Below, piece after piece: positions 45,280 to 64,000 of a stretch of DNA of 64,000 nucleotides. A program made the position numbers and the translations under genes. The notes below the pieces were generated by a model, which was not told where the DNA came from, searched no databases, and was given only the letters and a program-made list of their open reading frames with translations. Every line of letters begins with the position of its first letter. Position 1 is the stretch's first letter. The stretch is from the human T2T-CHM13v2.0 reference genome, Homo sapiens: NCBI RefSeq assembly GCF_009914755.1, contig NC_060931.1; one strand, given 5' to 3'.

Positions 45280-46330
45280 AACCTGCCCCACGTGCCCCAC
45301 CACGCAGCCACTCCGAGGGCTCCTTCAAGGGCGGCAGCCCTGTCACTCACGTGTTCCAAAAGTGCTTCCCCTGTGCCCTGACGGCCTCGCCATGTGTCCC
45401 ATCATGCCCCACGCGCTCCCACTGTGCGCCCCACCTCGCACCCGTGCCCCATCATGCTCTGCGTGCTCGTTAGGTGCCCCATCATTTCCCGCTCGCTCTC
45501 ATTACGTACCCAGCCTCCGGCCCCTGTAAGTGCCCCATCGTGCTCTCTGTCGCTCCAGTTAGATGCCCCATCCTGCCCCGCGAGCTCCAATTACGTGCCC
45601 CACCTAACCCCCCATGTCCGTGCCCCATCATGCCCCGCACGCTCTGGTTACATGCCCCGCCTGGCGCTCCCGCACATGCCCCATCATGCTCAGCGCGCTC
45701 CCATTACGTGCCGCCACCTCGCGCCCCTGCAAGTGCCCAATGTGCCCTGTGTGGTCCCGTTACGTGTCCCATCATGTTTTGTGCGCTCCGATTACGGGCC
45801 ACACCTGGCAACTCACCGTGCGACCTCTGTAGTTCCAGAGCTCGCGAGGGCCAGGGCCGTTGGCGGCGGTTGGAACGAAACGATGAGTGCCTCCTCGTGG
45901 CCCCAGAATGGAATGCCGCCGTCGGTAGGGGTCTGCCGGGCATAAAGGGGCCTTCGGAACCCCACCAGAGTCACAGCCAGGAAGGGCAGCGGGGCGCACC
46001 AGGCCGAAGGCTCACGCCACAGGGAGGGCAGCTAGGACATGGGGGGAAGCGCGTTAAACCAGGGAGTCCTGGAAGGGGACGACGCCCCCGGCCAGGTGAG
46101 GGCCCAGACGTGGGGGCGTAGACGCTGAGGGGTGGCCGGGTGGGTCTGCGGCTCTGAGGCCTGGCTTTCATTCTCCATCAGTCCCTGTACGAGCGGTTAA
46201 GTCAGAGGATGCTGGACATCTCGGGGGACCGGGGCGTGCTGAAGGACGTCATCCGAGAAGGAGCTGGAGACCTAGTGGCGCCTGATGCTTCGGTGCTAGG
46301 TACGCCCTGGGGCGGTTTGTCCGCAGGATC
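45280..46330. promoter_or_regulatory. CpG island / bidirectional promoter TRIM74(-) and FKBP6P(+)
   Basis: CpG-rich. Minus-strand donor CACGG|gtgagt at 45817 (candidate non-coding TRIM74 exon 1), with the FKBP6 ATG at 46039 about 220 bp away. Confidence 0.7.
45390..45810. repeat. Degenerate GC-rich minisatellite, core (G/A)TGCCCCATCATG, units of about 30 and 56 bp
   Basis: Core recurs at about 45394, 45444, 45474, 45530, 45563, 45620, 45676 and 45765. Confidence 0.8.
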
Positions 46331-47952
46331 CATGTCATCGCACTCTGTTGGGAAGAGAGAGGCCTCATTTTCAAAAAGCATTTAATGGGGTTGGAAATGC
46401 TTTGTTTGAAGTGGATTTTTGTTTTTGAAACGGGGTCTCGCTCAGTTCCCCAGGCTGGAGTGCAGTGGTGCGAACATAGCTCACTGCAGCCTCTGCTTCC
46501 TGGGCTCAAGTGATTCTCCAGCCTCAGCCTCCCAAATAAGAGATTTACAGGCGCAATCCACCATGCCCGGCTAATTTTTAATATTTTTGTAGAGATGGGG
46601 CACTTTCTATGTTGCCCAGGCTGGTCTCAGACTCCTGGTCCCAAGTGATCCTCCCACCTCAGCCTCCCCAGTAGCTGGGATTACAAGCGTGAGCCGCTGC
46701 TTCTGCCATGAATTAGTTTTTTTAAGAGGAAAGCTAAGGACCCCTATGTCCCCTTTGCGTGATGCTTCCATGAAGCTCTTGAACCTCTGAGCCGAAGGGC
46801 AGGCTCCTAAAATGCAGAGAGATTTATTCCTGTACCTCGTGGTGTCGGGCAGCTTAAGCTCATCTGATCGCATTGTTTCTGTGTGATCATGAGAGACTCG
46901 ATATTATGGAGGCGTGGGTGTTTTGGGTCCATTTTCCTTACATTCTTTCCTCTATTCTAGTGAAATAGTATGGATACCTGGAACACTTGGACAGACCCTT
47001 CGATTCTAATTACTTTAGGAAAACTCCTCGGCTAATGAAACTTGGAGAGGGTAAATTCAGAGTAGGAGCTGGAGAAGAAGGGATTGTTTAGGAGCGAGAT
47101 GAGGCACCATGCCTCAGGCTGGGAAGACTGCTCAGAGCGCAGGTTCTTTGAATTGACTTTGCTGAGGCTGGGTTTTGGTAAAACAGCCATGTTCTCTCCC
47201 CTTGAGACCTAGGCATTTGGGAGATGGCTTAATGGGCAAGGTATAATCTTTGCACTCTGACTTAACTCACCACTGGGAATGTTTCTTTGTTCATTTATTA
47301 AGTAAAAATCGACGAATGCTTACTTCCCACAATACATGGTGAAAAGAGAGGTTGTACTCAGAAGATTAGAACATCTCCACCCTTAAGGACCTCACAATGT
47401 AGTAGAGGAGACTGACCTGCACTCAGCTCACTTGGTAGAATCGGATGAGTGCCTGGGAGGTGAAAGCAGTGTTGTGGGTGTGCTTAATGAAGGCATGATT
47501 AATTCTAGCTGGGAAGTTCAGGGAAGGCTTCCTGGAAGAGGGGGCATTTGAACTGAGCCCAGAAGTTTGAATAAAATTTCTATCACTAGAAGCTGGGCAC
47601 AGGCTCAGGAGGAAGACATTGCAGGAAGAGGGAACTGTGTGAGGGAGACATGGAGGCCAGAGTACTGCTGACTTAGAGGGGGAAGAAACTGATAGCATTA
47701 AGCAGGATACTGAGCAAGCTTCACCCACCTTCTTTGTCCCTTCTTACAGATATTACATTGTGGGGCATGGAGCTGGGCCTTCTGAGCATGCAGAGAGGAG
47801 AGCTGGCCAGGTTTCTGTTCAAACCGAACTACGCCTATGGAACGCTGGGCTCCCCTCCCTTGATCCCCCCAAACACCACTGTCCTGTTCAAGATTGAGCT
47901 GCTTGACTTCCTAGACTGTGCTGAGTCAGACAAGTTTTGTGCTCTCTCAGCT
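46039..47952 (+). pseudogene. FKBP6 partial duplicated pseudogene (exons 1-4, FKBP-like domain only)
   Basis: Exons 46039-46095 (MGGSALNQGVLEGDDAPGQ), 46182-46299 (SLYERLSQRMLDISGDRGVLKDVIREGAG...), 46961-47050 with in-frame TAG at 46966-46968, and 47750-47952 (ITLWGMELGLLSM...PPLIPPNTTVLF). No TPR-encoding exons follow. Confidence 0.9.
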
Positions 47953-48484
47953 GTACGTTGCAGAGCACAAATGTCAGCACTTTATAGAGAGACAAATGGG
48001 TTGGTGTTTTTGGTAATTCTTCTAGATGGCCTGCCCTGAGGCTGATCGTCCGCCACTGCACTCCAGCATGGGCAACAGAGCAAGACTCCATCTCAAAAAA
48101 AAAAAAAAAGCCAGCTGGGATTTTTTTTTTGAGACATGACCTTGCACTGTTGCCCAGGCCGGAGAGCAGTGATGTGATCATAGCCCACTGCAGCCTCAAA
48201 CTCCTGGGCTCAAGCGATCCTCCTTCCTCAGCCTCCTGGGTAGCTGGGACTACAGGCTGGCACCACAACGCCTGGCTAATTTCTATATTTTTTGTAGAGA
48301 TCATGTTGCCAGGCTGGTCTCAAATTTCTCGGCTCAAGCAATCCTCCCACCTTGGCTCTTGAAGTGCCAGGATTACAGAAGTGAGCCGCCACACCCAGCC
48401 ACAGCTGGGATTTTGATAGGGATTGTGTTGAATCTGTAGATCACTTCTGAAGTAATGAAATTTTAATAATATTAAGTCTTTTAA

Positions 48485-48745
<261 letters not shown>

Positions 48746-49657
48746 TGACCAGGCTGGTCTCGAACTCCTGACCACAGATGATCCGCCCACCTCGGCCTCC
48801 CAAAGCGCTTGGTTTACAGGCGTGAGCCACTGCGCCCAGCCTTATCTTTTCTTCCACACAGATGCTTCGTCTTGGGTAAACTCCTCGACTCCCAAGGCCC
48901 CAGCCTCCATCTTTACCTCAGAGCCTCCTGAACCTCCTCCTCCAGCCTCACCTTCCTCCAGCCTCACCACTCCTCCCTGGACCTGCAGCTCCGCACCCCC
49001 GGGGGCCTCAGAACTACCCCTTCCAGGGCCTCAGAACTACCCCTACGGTTTCTCCTGCGTAACCTTCTGCCTACCTTCCTGAGAGTGGTTGGTGACAGCA
49101 GCCGGGGCTAGAAACCTCGAGGCGACTGTGCTTGAGTCCTCTCTTGCTCTTTACATCCCAAATCCCATCAATTGTCACGCCTTGTGCCTTCCGCCTCTCA
49201 AATATTCAGAAAGCAGATGTATGCTGGGCACGGTGGTGACTCAAGCCTATAATCCCAGCACTTCGGAAGGCGGAGGCAGGAGGATCGCTTGAGGCCAGGA
49301 ATTTTAGACCAGCCGGGGCAACATAGTGAAACCCCATCTCTACAAAATAAAAATAAAAATTAGCTGGGCGTGGTGGCGTGTGCCTGTAGTTTCAGCTACT
49401 GGAGAGGCTGAAGCGGGAGGATCACTTGAGCCCGGAGTTCAAGGCTGCAGTGGGCTATAGTCGTGCCACTTCACTCCAGTCTGGGCAACAGAGCAAGATC
49501 CTGTTTAAAAAAAAAAAAAAAGCAGATCTAAAGAGGGGCCTGGCGTGGTGGCTCACGCCTGTAATTCCAGCACTTTGGGAGGACAAGGCGGGCAAATCAC
49601 CTGAGGTCAGGAGTTCAAGACCAACCTGGCCAACATGGTGAAACCCCATCTCTACTA

Positions 49658-49819
<162 letters not shown>

Positions 49820-49959
49820 TCAAAAAATAATAATAATTGGCCAGGCGCAGTGGCTCATGCCTGTAATCCCAGCACTTTGGGAGGCCAAGGCGGGCAGATC
49901 ACCTGAGGTCAGGAGTTGGAGAGCAGCCTGACCAACATGGAGAAACCCCGTCTCTATTA

Positions 49960-50309
<350 letters not shown>

Positions 50310-50645
50310 CTAGGGGAGGTGGCACACACTGAGCTGGTCTGAATCAGCAGAGGAGAGAAGGAAGCATTTGAGTCACACTGCACGGTGAAGATGCCCAAGT
50401 GCAGAGGTCAGGAACAGTCAGTCATCGGGGGAAGAGGGAGAGCAGGGGAGTGAAGGTGAGAGTGGGGGGTGGAGTCAGATGAGGGGCTCAAGTTCATTCT
50501 CATCCCCCACTGCCTGCGTGACGTGGGGTACAGTACTTCCTACTGAAGCCTCGGTTTCCTTATCCGAAACCTGGGGTGTGGTGGGGTCACCTCCATTCAT
50601 GCTTGTGAAAGTCCTTTGTAAATGAAATGTACAGGACAAGCTTAA

Positions 50646-51094
<449 letters not shown>

Positions 51095-52089
51095 TAAAGT
51101 AGCTCAGACACGCATAGAATGGATTGGCTGCTGTTGTGGACTCTCCGAGGGTGGCTCCATCTGCAGGCACTGTTGGAACCAGTACCCAAGGATGATGTCC
51201 CAGCATCTGTCTCTCCGGGATCTCACCTTTGTACCCTGCCCTCACTGGCTGCGTCTCATTTCTGCTTCCCTCTGTGTGGCTTCCTGTTGGTGGCAGGGTG
51301 AGGCCCCCAGGACAGCAGGCAGCCTCAGCCTCACCCTTTCCCAGTACTGAGACCCAGAATCTCACTGCGGACTCCTTGAGACAATCCCAGGGAAGGCTTT
51401 GATTGGCTTAGCTTGAGGCATCACTGCTCATCCCTGGACCATTCAGAACCTCGGTGGTGCTCCCTGATTGACCACCTGGTTTAGTGCCGCTTCTGTGCTG
51501 GAGGTAGGAGCCATGTGAGGAAGTCCTGGAATTGGGCAAGCACGGTCTTGGGAGGCCAGGCTGGGACCTCCTTCCCTAGGGAGTCCTGGGGATTCTGAAC
51601 AGAGTGATGAATCCTCTGTGAGGGGCAGGGAGCCACAGATGGAGAGGGATGATGGGGGTGGATCTGGGCTGTGCCCGGAGAGGGGACCCTGCCAGGAGTG
51701 AGTGTCTTATGGAGGCAGAACGGGCTCCTGCAGTTCCCAAGGTGCCCTTAGGCCCCAACAAGCCCCTGTCCCCAGCCTTACACAGAGTCCTGAGACTTCG
51801 GGGAAATGACTTCACTGTGCCCGTTTCACCGGTGAGGTTCAACGACTTTCCCAACATGATGGGAGTCAGAGGCCCCAGGTCGCAAATCACTAGAGCACCC
51901 AGCCGCCACTCAGTCCAGGGGGACTTCCACGGGAAACCAGCACTGGGTGTCCAGGGCCAGTGGCAGAACCATGGGCCCTTCCTTCATCGAACCAATACGT
52001 TTGGGTGGGGGCGAGCTCCTCTCGCCCTAGTTGGTGGCGGGGCTGCAGGAGAGGCACAGACCTTGCAGGGGGTGGGGGAATTGGGGCCA

Positions 52090-52830
52090 ACAGGGGCCGC
52101 GAGGAAGGCCCAGGGGTATTGCCTGTGGGAGTCCAGCGGAACCTGGGCAGGCTTCCCAGAGGAGGCGGCCTCCGAGCCCCTGGGCACCCGTGATCCGCCA
52201 GGGCCTGGAAGAAAACGGACGGAGCAGGAGCAGAGGGAGGGGAGACGGGCAGTGGTGCGGCCCCCACCCGGGGGCTCGGGGCGCACAGGGGTCCCCGCCG
52301 CCCACCCGGCCGCCCCGCGATTCCTGCACGTCAGCAGAGCGGAAACGCGGAGCAGCGCCAGCCGGGGCGGGCTGGATGGGGCCTGGCAGCGCGGCCGGCG
52401 CTCCGCGGGTTCGGTTCCGCCCGCGTTTGTGTTGGCAGCGGCCCGCGGCTCGCGGCCGGGCGCATGAAAGGGGCCTCTGTCTGCGCCCCAGCCGCCCCGC
52501 TTGCCTTTCACTCTTAATATAATCTTCATTTTTAACCCAGCGGAGGTTCTCTTGGAATTTTTCCCCTTCTTCCAAAAATACATGTGCGTGCGTGTGTGTT
52601 TGCAAAAGGCCTTGACGGTGAAGGTCGGGATTGTCCCCGGGAAGGGAAGGGAAGGGCGAAACCTGAGGCGGGGAGGGAGACAGAAATATCTTTCTTTCTT
52701 CCTGTGCCCAGGCCTCCTCGGGGTCGCCACCGCTGCTAAGGGTCCCCCATCCTGCGCCCCCCCGGGGACTGGGGGTGCAGGACAGGATGGGGGGGTCCTC
52801 CTCCGACCACCCCCACACCCCCAACCCCGG
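52090..52830. promoter_or_regulatory. Orphan CpG island
   Basis: Dense CpG/GC boxes at 52150-52500 and 52660-52830, flanking an AT-rich core; CACGTCA at about 52327. No recognisable exon. Confidence 0.6.
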
Positions 52831-52968
52831 GATGAATGAATGGGCTTTTTGGAAATTGGGGTCAGCAGGGAGGGGTGGGCGCCTCCTCCAGGGGTCCCTC
52901 CCCGGAGCTGGTCAGAGAATGGTGTCACCAGGTGTGGCCAGCGGGGGCTGTCCTCCCAGAGCGGGTAG

Positions 52969-53327
<359 letters not shown>

Positions 53328-54060
53328 TAGACCCTACTCTGTGTTGATGCTTGCTTGCAGGCTTAAATAGCCTGCGACAGTGTCCAGAAACTGTCACCAG
53401 TCAGCCCTTTGTTCACTTGCTGGGCAGAGGAGCGTTACACCTGAGGGAATTTTCCAGATTATGCCCACAGTGGCTGTTTGGAGAGTTCTCACTTCAAACA
53501 TCTCAGGGCTCATCACAGAGCTTTCCATGCATGTTCCCAGGCAAGTCTCTTGTGGTCAGGGAAGTCAAGTAAGATTATCCCCGCAGAAGGGAAAAAGAAG
53601 GCTCAGAGAAAACAACTAACTTGTCCCCAAGTTGTGGAGCATGAGGGAGCTAGGGTGGGAATGAAAAAGCGGGTGATGGGAAGCCCAGGTTCTCCCTGCT
53701 GGATGCCTGGTTTTCAAACTGTTTTCTGCAGAGCTTCTGTTCATATTGGGGGTCTTGGAAATGTATGATTCTAATTATTTAAATATATATATTTAGGCCA
53801 GACACAGTGGCTCATGCTGGTAATCCCAGCACTTTGGGAGGTCCAGGTGGGAGGACTGCTCGAGCCCAGGAGTTTGAGACCAGCCTGGCAACATAGTGAG
53901 ACCCCATCTACAAAAGTAACCTTCTGCCGAGTGCAGTGGCTCACACCTGTAATGCCAGCACTTTGGGAGACTCAGGCAGCCAGATCACCTGAGGTCAGGA
54001 GTTTGAGACCAGCCTGGCCAACATGGTGAAACCCCATCTCTACTAAAAATACAAAAATTA

Positions 54061-54402
<342 letters not shown>

Positions 54403-54482
54403 CTAATTTGTGTGTATATTTGGACTTCTGGTGTGAGCAATATAGTAGTAAATTTGATAGCCTGAAAACCATCCTACTCTAA

Positions 54483-54852
<370 letters not shown>

Positions 54853-55028
54853 TGAGCCACCGCACCCGGCCTGTTATTGTTTGTTGACACAGAGTCTTGC
54901 TCTGTTGCCCAGGCTGGAGTGCAGTGGAGCCATCTCAGCTCACTGCAGCCTCCGTCTCCCCAGCTCGTGATCCTCCCACCTCAGCCTCCTGAGTAGCTGG
55001 GACTACAGCCTCCACCACCACACCCAGC

Positions 55029-55063
<35 letters not shown>

Positions 55064-55190
55064 GTATTTTTAGTAGAGATGGGGTTTCACCATGTTAGCC
55101 AGGCTGGTCTCAAACTCCTGACTTCAGGTAATCCACCCACCTCAGGCTCCTAAAGTGCTGGGATTACAGGCATGAGCCACCTCACCCAGC

Positions 55191-56194
<1,004 letters not shown>

Positions 56195-56215
56195 TGAGTT
56201 TATCAGATGCATTCA

Positions 56216-56593
<378 letters not shown>

Positions 56594-57065
56594 CTAAAAT
56601 AAATAAATAAATAAATAAATAGATAAATAAATAAATAAAGTATCCCATGTGGGTTGATGTGGGTGAAATTCAGGCCAGGCTGGACAGACAAGGGCGATTT
56701 TCAGGGCAGGCAGCCACTGTCAAACATCACCCTCTCCTCTGAGGATCCCTGGTCCCTCCTCCATGAAGTGGGGGGCACAAGCAGCTGGAAACAGGTCCCC
56801 ACCACTGCTCTGCCCCGGAAGGAAGGCTGGGCTGCTTCCCTTTGAGCTCCCCGGGCACTCAGTTCCTTTGCTCAATTCAATGCAGCATCCAGTCCAGAGA
56901 AGTGGGTCTTCCAATTTGGCTGAAAGGCCGGGAAAGGTCCCTCATAGACACTCGAAGCTTCCAGGGGCCTCAGGGTTCATCTGATTGTACCCGTCAGCCA
57001 CTGCCCCAGTGAGGCTGCCTAACACACCACCCCAAAACCCAGAAGCTTAAAACAAGCATTTATCA

Positions 57066-57368
<303 letters not shown>

Positions 57369-57695
57369 TCAAGCTTCCAGGCTTGCTCCCAGCCACGGCT
57401 GGGTCCAGGACTGTGCCACATGCCTCTCATTCTCCCCAGGGCCAGAGGGCTAAGGAGGGGCTGGGGAGTGTGCTTCCCCTGGCTAAAGGCAGGAGCCCCG
57501 GAGGACCAGCACCAAGCACAAGCCCACTGCAAATCTCTGCTCACCTTGTCAGTTACATTCTATTGGCCAAAGCGATTCACCTGGCCAAGCCTAACAGGAA
57601 TGGGTGGGGAGGTACATTCCTCCTAGAGAGGGGAGTTTGTGGGAAAGGAGTGGTTACTGCTGAGCAATAATCTAGTCTTCTAATAATCGAACTAA

Positions 57696-57965
<270 letters not shown>

Positions 57966-58231
57966 TGATCTGCCCGCCTCAGCCTCCCAAAGTGCTGGGA
58001 TTACAGACATGAGCCACTGCACCCAGCTGAACTAACTGATTTTTCAATTGCTCCCTGCACAATGGCAGAAATTCCTGGAGATTCTCTGAAAGGGGAGGGA
58101 GAAGGGGCAGGGAGGGCTTGATGTCTCCATTGAGAGCCAGAGCGCTTTTGGTTTTAAGGTGGGGAGTGAGTTGGGTGCAATGGCTTACGCCTGTAATCCC
58201 AGCACTTTGGGAGGCCAAAGCAGGTGGATCA

Positions 58232-58510
<279 letters not shown>

Positions 58511-58996
58511 TCATGATTCATGATGTTTCATGATGACTCTTTTGCACTTCGAAGCCATGCCCTTCGCCTTGTCAGCCTGGAGAAGACTGCGATTTGCTAC
58601 AGAGGGAACACAAAGAAAAAGAGACAATTGTGGATTTCTGACATTCAAATGTACAATTTCGCCTCCTTGATAAAGAATGGACTTAACACCAATACCTCCC
58701 ACTTTCTTTCTTTTCCTTTTTAAATTCTTTCATAAAGACAGGGTCTCGCTATGTTGCCCAGGCTGGTCTCAGACTCCTGGCCTCAAGCGATCCTCCTGCC
58801 TCAGCCTCCCAAAGTGCTAGGCTTACAGGCATGAGCCACTGTGCCTGGGCCAGTATCTCACACTTTGACTCAGGTCCAGGCTTCATGAACTGGAGTAGAC
58901 CATAGGGTTTTCCAGAGTTTATTTATTTATTTATTTATTTGTTTATTTAGTCAGTTTGTCACCCAGGCTAGAGTGCAGTGGCGTGATCTTGGCTCA

Positions 58997-59352
<356 letters not shown>

Positions 59353-59386
59353 TCAAGAGATCCTCCTACCTCAGCCTCCCAAGTAG

Positions 59387-59685
<299 letters not shown>

Positions 59686-59704
59686 TCCATCGAGTTCATT
59701 ATGA

Positions 59705-60057
<353 letters not shown>

Positions 60058-60412
60058 TGACCAGGCTGGTCTCGAACTCCTGACCTTAAGTGATCCGCCC
60101 GCCTTGGCCTCCCAAAATGCTGGAATTACAGGCGTGAGCCACTGCGCCTAGCCAGTTGTTCTCTTAAGAGGGGCAGGATTCTCTGGCCCTGCTGCCCTGG
60201 GGACCCATGGAGGAGACCCTTGCAGGCTGCTGCACCATCCTGGGCTGAGAAGCATCAAAGCAGATGTGGGGCCAGCATGCTTACAGCGGGGACACCACTT
60301 CCCAACAGCCTGAAAAACTCCCATTTCACCTTAAAAACTCATCAGACCTGGCTGGGTGTGGTGGCTCACGCCTGTAATCCCAGCACTTTGGGAGGCTGAG
60401 TCAGGCGGATCA

Positions 60413-60694
<282 letters not shown>

Positions 60695-61438
60695 TCATAG
60701 ACAGAGCTAGCTGCTCCCCATTGTGGGTCCCCTACTCCACTGTCAGAGTCATTGAAAGGCCTGTCCCTCCAGCCAAGCAAACGCAGGGCAGGCAAGGGGG
60801 TCACACCCTAGGCTGTGCCACATGGTGTGGGGCTGTGAGAGCCCCAGGCGGAGACTCCGCGGTCTCCTTAGGGAGCCTCTGGGAAGAGGTTCTGGACAGA
60901 GAAGACGAAGGGGCTGTGGTGGTGTCAGGGCTGGGGAGGAGAGGGAAGGGCTGCACCAGGGAAGTGCCAACTCCTCTCCCTAGAACCTTCCACCGCCCAC
61001 CCCTGGGCAGACACAGTCCAGGCATCATTGCTGCAGCTGTAGGAAGGACCTGCTAGGTAAGCTTATCTCTCTGAGCACTGACTGGCAAGGGAGCCCCGTT
61101 CGTAGCTAGTGTTCCTCTGAAACAGCGATGCTATCAGAGGGCTGGCTTCAAGTCCCTGGGGCCTCACCCTTCCTGGGCACTTGCTGTTTCCCCGCCTCCT
61201 CTTTCTCTGTGTGTCCAGAGAGGAGGAACCCCTGCCTTGAGGACTGGCCCCTTGCACTGCAGGGAGAGGAGTAGGGCCCTGACACCAATGGCGGGCACCT
61301 GGTGTCTGGCCTCAGGGATCCACATGTTTTGAGAACAGATATGGTCCCAACTTCAGACTGAGCCCTGCTGTTCTAAGCATATCCATATGTGGCTGGGTTG
61401 AAGTCAATATTCCAGAGAAAAAATCCATCTGTCCCTAA

Positions 61439-61594
<156 letters not shown>

Positions 61595-61597
61595 TGA

Positions 61598-62186
<589 letters not shown>

Positions 62187-62462
62187 TGATCCACCCACCT
62201 TGGTCTCCCAAAGTACTCAGATTACGGGCCTGAGCCACCGTGCCCGGCCAATCTCTTTTATCTTGTTTCCAAACCAAATCATACCTGAAGACAACTTCAT
62301 TCTCTTGGACAAAAGAGCACCGATCTCCAGCTGATCCTAACTCACACCTCCCACCTTCTCCATGGCTCCTGCTTAGACACCAGGACACTCAAAGCTGTGG
62401 ATGCCTCGGGCCCTCCCCCATCTGCCTTTCCTGAGACTTTCAGAACCCCCAGGTCAAATTGA

Positions 62463-63160
<698 letters not shown>

Positions 63161-63279
63161 TCATCTCAAAAAAAAAAAAAATTAAAGCCTTAGTTTACAG
63201 GCATATATTATCATTGCAAAGGATGACTGCAAAAGAGAGTTCTCACTGTGACCAGTCATGGGATCTTTAAAAGTTGTCA

Positions 63280-63885
<606 letters not shown>

Positions 63886-64000
63886 TAAAAATGAAAATTT
63901 CAAATCCTCAAGGAATTTGAAGATCTCTCCAAATGCATTTTCACGTCCCTGTTTTGAGAGCCATCCCTGGGAAATCACCCCCGCCCACACACAGCAAGAC

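Noticed and set aside
45394-46121. 183- and 215-aa Pro/His/Cys-rich ORFs
   Set aside because: By-products of the GC-rich minisatellite and CpG island.

Overview
Human genomic DNA, Alu-dense, from a segmental-duplication block of the 7q11.23 Williams-Beuren region. The order POM121 / NSUN5 pseudogene / truncated TRIM50 paralog / truncated FKBP6 fits the POM121-NSUN5P2-TRIM74-FKBP6P copy. I rebuilt four loci by hand from GT-AG junctions. (1) POM121 (+): 13 coding exons, 1355-22464, 3750 nt = 1249 aa, intact. (2) NSUN5 pseudogene (-): 10 exons, 30946-24614. Its 5' half is broken, but a spliced 315-aa C-terminal ORF remains open. (3) TRIM74 (-): 4 coding exons, 42382-36107, 250 aa, RING-Bbox-coiled coil with no PRY-SPRY. 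(4) FKBP6 pseudogene (+): exons 1-4 only, with a TAG in exon 3, head-to-head with TRIM74 across a CpG island. Also present are a HERV-K(HML-2) LTR5 solo LTR inside an Alu, MER50 and MLT1 LTRs, an L3/CR1 fragment, a Y3 RNA retrocopy, and an orphan CpG island near 52 kb. The genes are known, and I do not claim a new biological system. The most interesting signals are: dual-use sequence at the POM121/NSUN5P2 tail-to-tail junction; a compensated frameshift that removes only the SAM-binding motif of the NSUN5P2 ORF; a phase-compatible, hypothetical TRIM74-NSUN5P2 read-through fusion; an unexplained 77-bp duplicated element in TRIM74; and several insertion or repair scars. Repeat subfamily calls and paralog names come from recall, not from a database search.
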